64,000 bases of DNA from Nemertoderma westbladi (taxonomy: Eukaryota; Animalia; Xenacoelomorpha). Within the stretch, counting starts at the first letter, position 1; the number at the start of each line of letters is the position of its first letter. The stretch is taken from NCBI GenBank assembly GCA_032718475.1, contig JAUCBJ010007585.1, positions 31,265-95,264 on the forward strand. Reading direction: 5' to 3'. This document shows positions 33,905 through 44,879 of this stretch, piece after piece. Both the position numbers and the translations under genes were made by a program. Below the pieces are notes generated by a model that did no database searches, had not been told where the DNA came from, and saw only the letters and a program-made list of their open reading frames with translations.

Positions 33905-36089
33905 GTAGTACCGTTCCTCTCTTCTTCGCCCCTACGGTGCTTGTTGCCATTGTCTGCCCTTTGCCTTGACTGAACTTAATTGGTGTTTCTTTGCATTGAT
34001 CAGCTCTGTGTCCGCCCGCCACACATCGATGACAGATTCCACTCTTTCTTGCATATTCTACCTGATCTTGTTTGGGCAACGCTTGCCAATATCTGCAGTT
34101 CATGGTCTGATGAAGTGCGTTCGTGTGCAATTGGCATTTGTTGTTTGGATTATAGCCATCCTTATACAGTGCGCTGCGTATTGCACTTACGTTTGTACCT
34201 AGATCCCTACTGTTCTTATTGTTTGGGTTCGGCCTACTGGGCGTGTTGGGGTTATGTTTGTTTGTGTTGTTATTTTGCCCCTGTCCGCTCCATGGTGTGG
34301 CCCTACCCCCGGCTACATGTGGACTAGCAGTCCCCTGCGTCGCCGCGTATGGCAGCGATTGTCTAAGCTTTGGCAATGCGTTTGCCGTGTTGTATTCTGG
34401 TTTCGGCCTGTTATATTCAGTCTTTGGCCCCTTCCCCAGACTATCCTCGCTATAGACTGGGTCTGTGATCAATTCGGCTTCGTAGTTGAGGAAGCTCTAC
34501 ATTTCCTCTAGGCCCGGTTCCGCACCCTTCTTCTCCTGGGTGGAGAAAGCAATTTTTCTCCACTTATTGTGCAGCCAGATCTGCAGTGCCTGCGCTATCG
34601 TGGTGATGTTATTAGTTGCGTTGAGTTCGTATGGCGCGTCTAGCGTCTTCAACACGATTAGCGCCTTCTCGACTTTGTTCGCAAACGTCTTTATGCTAAC
34701 GGGGTTATCCTGTAGGCCACCCGATGTTATACCCCTCAGGGTCTGCCGTATGATCTTGGCCGGGTGCCCGTACTCCCTGTCTAGAGCCCGCCATGCTGTC
34801 GTGAAGCCACCCTCGATGCCCTGGTATTGCCTCACGATGTCGTATGCTGGGCCTCCTGTATATACCTGTAGATATTTTAGGCACTCCGCCTGCGTCAGGT
34901 TCTTGGTTAATATCTTGTTGCTGTACATGCGCCAAAATTGCAAGTATTCTTCCGGCCTACTTCTGTCGAATTTAAATGGCTCTACGGGTGGTAGCTCGAT
35001 TCTTGTCTTAAGTGCATCGATTAATGTAGCCATTCCCATCGCCTGTGCTTCCAATGGGTTCGAAGGATGCTGTACAGATTCTCCCATTGGGTGCGGTCTG
35101 CCGGTCCTGTCTGTTGCCCTCCGTTGTGTCGGGTATGTCATTGGGGGTAACGGCCCCCTCCATATTTCCGTGTCGCAAGATCTGTTCTCGTCCAGGGGAT
35201 TCGATGTTCTTATTCCTGTTTGAGTATATTGTTGATATTGTAATGGGGGAATGTCACCCTGCCCCCCCCCCCCCCCCCCACCGGTGGTATGTTTGGTACT
35301 GGGGTTGATGTTAATATATTGGGGCCCATACACCTATCCGCAATAACTCTCCCCTCCCCTGGATATATGTTATGTCCCTGCATGATATAGTGATACTGCT
35401 CTGCTGGTACCGGTATAGGCCTATCCACTTCTGGCCTATCTACCGGTATATACTCCGCGACTTCCGGGTTTAATCCTATCGCCTACACTATCTCTCCCAG
35501 CATGGCCTATAGTATGTGCAGTAAGGCCTACAGTATGTCCTGCAGTCTGTATGTGTCCCTCCGGATCGAAGTTTAACCTTCTCGAATAATCCAAGAAGTC
35601 CTCCCCGAGACTACCGTACCCTCGATCGGCAGCTATATCCCATCGGGAAGTTTCTCTTCGATCCCCTCTCCTATTCTCGTCCTCGTGCCGGTACGCCCTG
35701 TACCCCTCTCTCGGCGTATAGTACACCTCGCCAGGTCGCGTCTCTCCGGGACGATGGCAATCTCCCGGAGTTCGACCCCACCGACTCTCCAACTCCATCT
35801 CGAATCACGAATCTCCAACGGCTCGCTATCCGTCCTCGCTCTCCTGGGCTCGACGTCTCGTCGCTCGCCCTTTCGCGATGCCAACCTCTCTCTCTCTACC
35901 CGGTCGCACGCTGCTGGGGATATTCGTAATCCCCCTACTATTCTCTGTTGCCGGGTGCTGCGGTTCACCTAATTCGCCCTGCGCATTATCCGCCGACGTC
36001 TGTGGGGCGCTCTCTGCACCCCCCCTCTCACCGCTAATCTCTCTTTGTGGGGCTCCTGTAGCCCCCCCCCCCCCCCCCCCCCGGGCCAA
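33762..36089 (-). pseudogene. gag: BEL/Pao gag copy 1 (frameshifted)
   Basis: IELPPVEPFKFD...EYLQFW...CLKYLQVYTGGPA...AWRALDREYG (Pao gag core) plus Cys/His knuckles. Confidence 0.88.
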
Positions 36090-37109
36090 TTAAGTACTGT
36101 AGTAACATAGCCCGGGCCAGATAGCAGATAGGGTTAAATGTACAGGTATCTCAGGATTACGGTAGTAACTGAATATGAATCTCTCAATTCCGCATCAAAC
36201 ACATAAACACATAGTAGAGTAGAGTAAAATAAGTTACTCAAATCATTAAACGACATTATATCCCATGATATTTAATAATAATTCCCTTAAATAATATCAG
36301 TTCCTCATTAAAATGAAGTCGTAATATTAATTTATCTCAGCATATCTATTATGTATCAAAAACCTTTGTCTATTAAATCCAAGACAGTAAGATGCGAACA
36401 CTGTTAAGGTGGCCACCCATATTGTCTTAATCCTCAGAAAGGCCGATATGTCTTCGGGGATTCAGATTATCAGTCCCGCTGGTTTAGGCAGAAGAATTAC
36501 ACTAGCGTCATGGTTCTTAAAGAATAACCGGCCCCTCCAACAACCCCAAGTCCAGCAGTAGCTTCATCTCTACATCAGATAAAGAACAAATTTTACTCTC
36601 CTTCAAGAATTTCGATGGACGATGGACGATATATTCTTTTACTGGTGGTCTAAGAGGAATTTGAGGCATTTAGCACACTGAAGTCGGAACAGATTTCGGG
36701 TTTACTGAATATATCGCCCGTCGAAATGTACAAATGTTAGTGGAAGCGGGAAGCCCTGGTGTCATATGTTCTGTAGAAAAGCCCTGAGTAGTCGAACTAA
36801 GTGCCACTGTAGACCGAGCGCGCGAGTGGCATCTTCATCTATACACATAGCACTTTCCAGCTATAACTGTTAGGCCTGCATACAGATTCAGATACTATGT
36901 CCAGACCAAAATTTGGCTCCCATGGTTGCCAGCCCGTGTAGAGGTGATAATAACTATTCAAATAAACACAGGTACGAACGTAATCAGGTAATAATATAAT
37001 AAGTGAGTCCCTTGTCTTATCCTCCTGTTCCAGTCAATTAGTCCCCAGCCCCAGTAGCTAATTGGAAAAGGTTGTATCTGACTATAGCGCGTATATTATA
37101 TTATATATT

Positions 37110-37660
37110 CGTATGTACAACGTGTCTTAATCACCCCCTTTCGGAAGTGATATAACTCGTCTCTCCCCCATCTCACCCCCCACTTGAGTGGATTCACAAG
37201 TTCCATCCGGTATTCCTCTTGGAACTTGTTCCACTCCATCGGCTTGTGGCACGCGAGTCCCATCAACTGAGCCATCGCCACAACTCCTTATTGTCCCATG
37301 TTATCCACCAATCCTAATCCATCCGGTTTCATCATAGCCATGTCCAGAAGATTTGGAGTGCCTGGTCCAATAATCCTCTCCGCGTCGAGGCGTATCGCCG
37401 ATCCAATCTCGATCGTACTCTTTGACCTTACTAGCTTCTACACCGTATCTAGTAGGCGGTTCTACTATGGCCAGCTCTTCTTATCATAGGTCGCTAGGTC
37501 AAACAGAAAAATATCGCCGTTCAGCGCCACTAAATGCAGCAATATAGTTCTACCCGATCCTACTGACCCCTTTCTTGACCCACCGTCATCCTCTACTGTC
37601 CCCACGTCATGCAGGACCATATATCCACCCCTCTCCACAAAATATGAAAAATTTCTACAC
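37110..37660 (-). pseudogene. Decayed second copy of the BEL/Pao exonuclease-like ORF
   Basis: RGGYMVLHDVGTVEDDGG...RTILLHLVALNGDIFLFDL...AIRLDAERIIGPGTPNLLDM...LMGLACHKPMEWNKF aligns with the copy-1 ORF; contains in-frame stops. Confidence 0.9.
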
Positions 37661-38124
37661 TAGCTTCTCCATCATCACGATTCTCCTCTCTCACCAGACT
37701 GGTGGTGCCTTAGAAAGGCTCAGTAGGGCAAGGGATAGCTAAGTATGGTCTTAATTAGTTTAAATCAGTGATGGCCTACCTCCTATCTGCATTATGCCAA
37801 TGTTTCGTAGAAATATTCCCCTTTATGTGCCAATTAACCCCTGATTTTTCAGTGCTGGGTTCCTCAACTAAAGTGCTATTACTCTACCTACTACTCAATT
37901 ACTATGTAAGTAATTCATCTCTACCTGTCTACAGAAAAGACTAGCTACAATTTTCATATTATTGTACTAGCTTCCTACCAGACAACTTTCTGGCTCTGTA
38001 ACAATGCTCTAACTCTACACTATGGGCTATGCACTACAGTAGTCTAGTTCATGCGGCCGCCTACACGGTCTACTATACTACTATGCCTACATACCCCCTT
38101 CAACTCCTCACATGGTGCCCTTAG

Positions 38125-39982
38125 CCCTTTCCGGCCTGAATTAATTTAATTTAGGAAAAAAAATTGGTTGGTCTTGTTAATGGGTTAATTATACACCAAA
38201 TAATAATTTTCGATGAAAAAATTTTCAAAAAATTATTTCCAATGTTGTTTTTTTTATTGTATACAAAAGTATACGTTAGGTATATGAAACATGTTCCCAA
38301 TGTATACTTTTGTATACGAACTCTAGATTGTAAGTACTTACATACATAAATCGTATAGTAAGTATATTCTCTCTCTCTATATATATATATATATATGTAG
38401 AATAAACAAAGCATGCAACGAGCAGGCAATTTTAATTATAAAAATTTAAATTATGTTTTTTGGTAATAAAAAGCTGTCAATACTGTGAAATTTGCCAAAA
38501 TGCCAAAATTTTATAATTTTGTGTGTTTTCACAACACACGTTGTTTAAAAGTAACACAGTGCGACAAAAAACTTAAAATGAAGAATTATACAGTGAAGGT
38601 TTTTTTCTGTCAGTTTTGTTCAAGTTTGAAAAAAACAGTATTGACTGACTTTTTTCAATTGTTTGTATGTCTATCTGCCCTGCCTGTATACTGTGGGTGT
38701 ACAACATCTACTCCCCAACGGTGGCTGCACCACATCTACTCCCCAATGGTGGCTGAATCACATCTACTCCCAAGGCCCAATGGTAAACATCTACTCCATA
38801 TGGTGGCTACACCACATCTACTCCCCAATGGTCAACATTTACTCCATTGGTCGCTACACCACATCTACTCATCAATGGTCAGCATCTACTCCACTATGGT
38901 GGCTGCACCACATCTACTCATCAATGGTCAGCATCTACTCCCCAATGGTGGCTGCACCACATCTACTTATCAATGGTGGGTGCGCCAGATTTACTCCCCA
39001 ATGGTGACTGCGACACATCTACTCCCCATTAGTGGCTGCATCAGATCTACTCCCAAGGCCCAATGGTGACTGCGCCACATCTACTCCCAAATAGTGGCTG
39101 CATCACATCTACTCCCTAATGGTGGGTGTGCTAGATTTACTCCCCAATGGTGACTGCGCCACATCTACTCCCCATTGTGGCTGCATTACATCTACTCCCA
39201 AGGCCCAATAGTGACTGCGCCACATCTACTCCCCAATAGTGGCTGCATCACTTCTACTCCCAAGGCACAATGGTCAACATCTACTCCCCTATGGTTCTAC
39301 GCCACATCTACTCCACAATGGTGACTGCACCACATCTATCCACAATGGTGGCTGCATCACTTCTACTACCCTATGGTCAACATCTACTCCCCATGGTGGC
39401 TGCGCCACATCTACACCCCAATGGTCAACATCGACTCCCCTATGGTGGCTGCACCACATCTAGGCCTACACCCCAATGGTGGATGCACCACATCACCCAA
39501 ACGGTGGCTGAATCATATCTACTCCCCAACGGTGCTGCACCACATCTACTCCACAACTGTGGCTGCACCACTTCTACTCCCCAACTTTATAAACCTAACG
39601 TAGACAAATGTATACAGTGATTTATCAATAACACTACCAGCCTACATGTACTGTAAAGTTTATCCTGGAAGTATTATTATCTCATTGGACAATCCATCTT
39701 TGGAATACCCAATCAAAATTCTCAATATCGCTTTGCCAAAGCGTTTAAATAACCATCTTTCCTATACCAGGTAGTCATCATGTCAATACCTGAAAACACG
39801 GCATCTAAAATCGTTCATTGAAGCCTTCTACTACAATTATCCAATCAGAATCGGTAATTTCTAAATAAAGGAAGTGTGATAGTGCCACAATTGGATGAAA
39901 CCAACTATAATTAGTTAAAATTATGCAATCCGTAGTGAAATAAATTCAGTGTATACAAAAATATACAGTCGGCCGGAAAGGG
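38125..39982. mobile_element. Non-autonomous piggyBac-like element with internal minisatellite
   Basis: 12-bp TIRs CCCTTTCCGGCC / GGCCGGAAAGGG flanked by TTAG (left) and TTAA (right); no transposase ORF. Confidence 0.8.
38690..39590. repeat. Minisatellite with ~21-, 28- and 35-bp variant units
   Basis: Core CACATCTACTCCCCAATGGTGGCTGCAC repeated roughly 30 times. Confidence 0.92.
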
Positions 39983-41274
39983 TTAATGCCCACTATAGTA
40001 CGTATTACTTATTAATATTGATTGGTCTCATTGACCCAGCATGTTTGGTATTTATTGCATATGTTGGCACATTGTGCCCATCAGACGTACGCAATATATA
40101 CCCTTCCAATCCTCACTATGGTACCATGTATCCTTCTACTGATATTGGTCCCATTGACCTGGCATTTGGTGCGTATATAAACTAGGTACGTTGTTACATT
40201 CATAACCGTCCGACGTACGTAATTATAACTACCTACACCTAAATATTATGTACGTTGGTACGTCCATACCCATCAGACGTACATAATGTCTACCTAAAGT
40301 GTACATTGGTACTACTACTTACTCATTTTATTTTTTATTTTATTATTTTATTTTATGTGGGAAGGGCGTCTCACCCTCATTCCCACCCCCATCAGTCCAA
40401 TATATTGGATGACTCCAATAATTAGGGCGCTCCCTCCAATAGGCAACACTTCCCTACTGCCCTCCTGTAGGTCTTCCTATCTTTGGCCCCTATCTTTCCT
40501 CCGATCCTCACTTCCACGGATCTAATCTTTCCGTCTTCGCCGGGGTAGCATATAGTAGTAGAATGCCCTCTGCTGTCATAGAAATCTACATCCTGGAGAC
40601 TCACCATTTCTTCATAAAATTCATCAATTCAATTCAATTCAATGTTTATTTTTACCCTTCAAATAATAATTCAAAATAACAATAACTCAGTATAAAATAG
40701 AAATTAACATGAATACATACTCTATATGGTAAGTTCTATATAAATGGGTACTGGAGAACAGCCAAATAGCAGGGCTAGTAAACGGCTGCCCACCAGGAGG
40801 ATGGGATTATATGAAATGTAAAAATATGTAACATTTGATAGATTGGACGTAGTAAGTAGTAGTTTGAAGTAATAGTATACTGTAGGGTGTTGCAGATGCA
40901 GAATAGAGAGGTGAAGAAGATGGCATATAGATAGATAGATACTGTAGGTAAGGTAGAGTAGAAAGTAGATAGATAATGTAGGCAAGGTAGAGTAGAAGGT
41001 AGATAGATAAGAATAGGAAGGATAGGGACTATGTATTAGGATTGCAATAGATTTAGCAATAGATTTATGGTAATTAGTTGGGGCAGACTGCGATTTTTTA
41101 ACATTTTTTGTTTATACTGTAGGTCTATATATATAAATGTATTTAGTAATACATAAATTTAATTTGGCGAATGACAGCGAGTTATTTTAATAGATGGAGA
41201 TTTAAACAGCAAATATTTTAGTAGACGAATTTGTAATATAATTAAATTAAATAAAATTAAAGGGTTAAAGTTTA

Positions 41275-41880
41275 AAACATGGCCCCGTGCCTGGGTATTG
41301 TTCATGTAACCTCAAAGAGAGGAAAACGTGGCCCCGCGCCCGGGTATTATACATGTAACCTCAAAGAGAGAAAACGTGGCCCCGCGCCCGGGTAATATTC
41401 TTGTAACCTCAAAGAGAGGAAAACGTGGCCCCGCGCCCGGGTAATATACATGTAACCTCAAAGAGAGGAAAACATGGCCCCGTGCCCGGGTATTGTTCAT
41501 GTAACCTCAAAGAGAGGAAAACGTGGCCCCGCGCCCGGGTATTATACATGAACCTCAAAGAGAGGAAAACATGGCCCCGTGCCCGGGTATTGTTCATGTA
41601 ACCTCAAAGAGAGGAAAACGTGGCCCCGCGCCCGGGTATTGTTCATGTAACCTCAAAGAGAGGAAAACGTGGCCCCACGCCCGGGTAATGTTCGTTTAAC
41701 CTCAAAGAGAGGAAAACGTGGCCCCGCGCCCGGGTATTATACATGTAACCTCAAAGAGAGGAAAACATGGCCCCGTGCCCGGGTATTGTTTATGTAACCC
41801 CAAAGAGAGGAAAACGTGGCCCCGCGCCCGGGTATTGTTCATGTAACCCCAAAGAGAGGAAAAATGTGGCCCCGCGCCCG
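41275..41880. repeat. ~49-bp tandem minisatellite (~12 copies) in the LINE 3' UTR
   Basis: Unit AACCTCAAAGAGAGGAAAACGTGGCCCCGCGCCCGGGTATTGTTCATGT. Confidence 0.95.
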
Positions 41881-41906
41881 ACAGCCAATAGCACTGATTG
41901 ATATTG

Positions 41907-44879
41907 TTAGTCTGGAAACTGACCAGGATTAAATAAGAGATCTTTCTTTATCACTTTTAAAAAAATATGTTTACTTTTAATTTCCCTATATGAATTGGCC
42001 AGAGCATTCCACAGGCGGGGTCCTTGGAATGAAAGAGATTGTTCTGCAACACGTAGCCTAATGTGAGGAGGATGAAATAAGCCAGATGCCGAAAAGCGAG
42101 TATTGTATGAATGGATTGAAGACGCTCTATGAAATAGAGGCTCAAGGGGAGTTGGGATGTTGTTATGTACATCAAACATAATATTATAGACTTGATATTT
42201 GTATAATTGATCCAAAGGGAGTATATTAAGTTGTTGATAGAGAGGGAGTGAAGATGATTGCCAATGGCTGAAGGTGATTACTCGAAGTGCTTTGTTAATT
42301 TTGATTCTAAGTGGTTTTAAAATCGACGGAGATGTACTTCCCCACACGACAATGGCGTATTGTATATAGGGATAAATAAGAGCGAAAAATAGGGTACGGA
42401 GAATATAAAGTGGAAAAATGTGACGAAGCCTATAAAATATACCTGCAGATTTGGAAATCTTTTTTAATATGAAAGATATGTGTTCTTTAAAATTTAGTTT
42501 ACTGTCAATCAGAACACCCAAGTACTTAGTATATGCGACCTCGGAAATTACAGAATCTTTAATTTTTACCTTAGGTAGTGTATCTTGACAGAGCGATGAG
42601 TTTGTAAACAGGGTGTACTCGGTTTTTTTAAGGTTCAATGAGAGCTTATTATCCTCCAGCCAGTCAACAATATCGGTTATATCATGATTTACGGAGTTAA
42701 TTAATGATGGTAAATTATTTAGAGATTTTATTAAACTAGTGTCATCAGCAAATAGTGTTGTCATAAAATGTGAGGCATTTGGAAGATCGTTTATATATAT
42801 AAGAAATAAGATAGGTCCAAGGATGGAGCCTTGGGGAATACCACAGATTACCGGTAGGGGCGTCGAGTTACATCTGTCTACGGTAACAAACTGAGTGCGA
42901 TTGGCAAGATAATCAGAAAATAGTTGCAATGGCATACCCCTGATTCCGTAACTGCTGAGTTTTTTGACGAGTATGCTATGATCCAGCGTATCAAACGCTT
43001 TTTTAAGATCTATAAAAATTGTGCAAGTTGACATTTTATTATCTAGAAAATCGCGCAATTTTTCGACAATATCAAGAATTGCAAATGAAGTGGTATATTT
43101 TTTCCTAAAGCCGTACTGGCAACTGTTTATTATTAAATATTTGTCCAAATAAGATGACAGCTGTACATATATAATGCGTTCAAACACTTTGCTTAATACC
43201 GGTAACAATGAAATAGGGCGATAGTTGGTTGTGAGACATGGGTCACCAGCTTTATAAACGGGGGTTACTTTTGCTTCTTTGAGAGAATTTGGAAAAAAAC
43301 CGTGTTTGATACTCAAATTTATTAATTCGGAAATATGATTACACAATATATGGGCAGCAGTTTTTATTAATTTGGTTGGACATTTGTCATTTGAGGCTGA
43401 GGCATCATTTAATTCTAATAAATAATATTGTACTTCAACTGGTGTAGTTTTAATAAGTGCAAACGAATTTGATTTGTTGTGCTTAATATGACGTGAGGGA
43501 CAGCGAGGCGAGGAAGGGATTGCACTAGAGAGCGCGGGACCTATAGATGTAAAAAATGAATTAAAAGATTCCGCCATAGTAGTAGGGTCTGTAATTATTG
43601 AATTATTATTATTAATGGACACTGAAAGTTTACGCGGGATGCAATTTTTTGATTGACGGCCCAAGGCACCGTTTATTGTTCGCCATGTTTTCCGCATGTT
43701 AAATTTATTTTTTAAAAATTGTGATGTATAAAATTCTCGCTCGGCTGTCCTTAGAGTGGATGTGAGCTGATTTCTATACGTTTTGTACATACTGTGGTTT
43801 ATTAATGTTGGACTGTGGACATATTTAGCATACAATTTATTTTTTTTATTAATGGATTTGACCAGTGTCGGAGATAGCCATGGTTTACGTGGAATTAATT
43901 TCTTTGAACATTTTTTGAGGGGAACATGTTTTTTACATACCGCATTAAAATCAGAATAGAAATGATCAAAGCGATCACTCAACCGATTATCCGAATCCTC
44001 ATAGGACCAAGTATTTGGATTTAAGAGATCTGCCAAGAAAGTAGCCTGATTAAATTTTGAATAATCATATATGTAGTTAACAGTATCGGCCCTAAAATAA
44101 TTAGAGTAATCGGTTAAAATCAGGAATGTTGGTAAATGATCTGCGATTTCAGTTAAAAAAACACCCTCATTACATAATGATGATCCGATATTAGTTATGA
44201 TGTGATCCAACAGGGAAGGGTTTGGACTTCTGATTCGTGTAGGTTTTGTAATGACCTGCTGAAAACCAGTACAATTTATGGTTTGAAGATAGTTAAGTGT
44301 CATATTACATGGCTTCTTTAGGTCGATATTCATATCACCTGTTAAAATCACATCATAACCTTTGTCGGCTAATGTAGATAATAGTTGTTCCAAGTTATGA
44401 ATGAAACCATGGCGCTCAATAGACTGGGAAACATACAGGCAACCTATTATTAGGGGTTTATTAGGGTTAGGGCGCCTGACTTCGACCCAACAGTTCTCAG
44501 GCCCGGGTATTCTTAAATCGTTGCGTTCTGTACATTCGAACTCATCCCTAATGAAAATTGCAGTGCCTCCTCTCTTTGTTTCACGCATATCCTGTGATAC
44601 GAGCTCATAACCTGAAAATTGTACTTCTGAAAAATTTGAGTTAGGAGACAGAAATGTTTCAGAAAAAGATAGTACGTCAAATTTAGTTTCCATTGTTTCA
44701 AAAAAATCAGTTATTTCGGCCTTATGAGCTGGTAGACTTTGGGTATTGACGTGAAAAATTGAAAATGACTTGGAATTATCCAAGTTACTGAATTTTTTAT
44801 CGAATATGTCAGCTGTGTAATAATCTTGCGAAATTATATTACTACTAAGATGTAGGTCAGGATCAATATCATTGAACAT
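41907..44879 (-). CDS. LINE ORF2, APE endonuclease plus reverse transcriptase (990 aa, intact)
   Basis: FHVNTQSL, SETFL, GDMNID, LLDHI, ADHLP; NYRPISLLP, FIDLKKAFD, GIPQGSILGP, FADD, KYLGV. Confidence 0.96.
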   Translation of the reverse strand: MFNDIDPDLHLSSNIISQDYYTADIFDKKFSNLDNSKSFSIFHVNTQSLPAHKAEITDFFETMETKFDVLSFSETFLSPNSNFSEVQFSGYELVSQDMRETKRGGTAIFIRDEFECTERNDLRIPGPENCWVEVRRPNPNKPLIIGCLYVSQSIERHGFIHNLEQLLSTLADKGYDVILTGDMNIDLKKPCNMTLNYLQTINCTGFQQVITKPTRIRSPNPSLLDHIITNIGSSLCNEGVFLTEIADHLPTFLILTDYSNYFRADTVNYIYDYSKFNQATFLADLLNPNTWSYEDSDNRLSDRFDHFYSDFNAVCKKHVPLKKCSKKLIPRKPWLSPTLVKSINKKNKLYAKYVHSPTLINHSMYKTYRNQLTSTLRTAEREFYTSQFLKNKFNMRKTWRTINGALGRQSKNCIPRKLSVSINNNNSIITDPTTMAESFNSFFTSIGPALSSAIPSSPRCPSRHIKHNKSNSFALIKTTPVEVQYYLLELNDASASNDKCPTKLIKTAAHILCNHISELINLSIKHGFFPNSLKEAKVTPVYKAGDPCLTTNYRPISLLPVLSKVFERIIYVQLSSYLDKYLIINSCQYGFRKKYTTSFAILDIVEKLRDFLDNKMSTCTIFIDLKKAFDTLDHSILVKKLSSYGIRGMPLQLFSDYLANRTQFVTVDRCNSTPLPVICGIPQGSILGPILFLIYINDLPNASHFMTTLFADDTSLIKSLNNLPSLINSVNHDITDIVDWLEDNKLSLNLKKTEYTLFTNSSLCQDTLPKVKIKDSVISEVAYTKYLGVLIDSKLNFKEHISFILKKISKSAGIFYRLRHIFPLYILRTLFFALIYPYIQYAIVVWGSTSPSILKPLRIKINKALRVITFSHWQSSSLPLYQQLNILPLDQLYKYQVYNIMFDVHNNIPTPLEPLFHRASSIHSYNTRFSASGLFHPPHIRLRVAEQSLSFQGPRLWNALANSYREIKSKHIFLKVIKKDLLFNPGQFPD

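Larger units (their letters stand above)
26983..36089 (-). mobile_element. BEL/Pao LTR retrotransposon copy 1 (gag-PR-RT-RH-IN, spacer, extra ORF); both ends truncated, LTRs not seen
   Basis: Gag CHRCVAGGHRADQC; PR LVDSGA; RT YYLPLH, LNDYLLEGP, CDIEGMF, FYVDD; RH FSDAS, WTDS, NPADLLSRG; IN GVDMFGP, SDNGTNFVG, LTPSHFL, W-RW-EEYL. Many frameshifts. Confidence 0.95.

Noticed and set aside
35261-35279. Long G/C homopolymers here and at ~14835, 18863, 22470, 29935, 36062, 44991, 47643 and 57231
   Set aside because: Run lengths are unreliable in assemblies, so nearby frame changes are not evidence of programmed recoding.
38485-39620. Overlapping ORFs in all three plus-strand frames
   Set aside because: Produced by a stop-poor minisatellite; no domain content.
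41275-41880. Regular repeat with a short variable segment, superficially CRISPR-like
   Set aside because: Units are head-to-tail with no unique spacers, there are no cas genes, and the array lies in a eukaryotic LINE 3' UTR.
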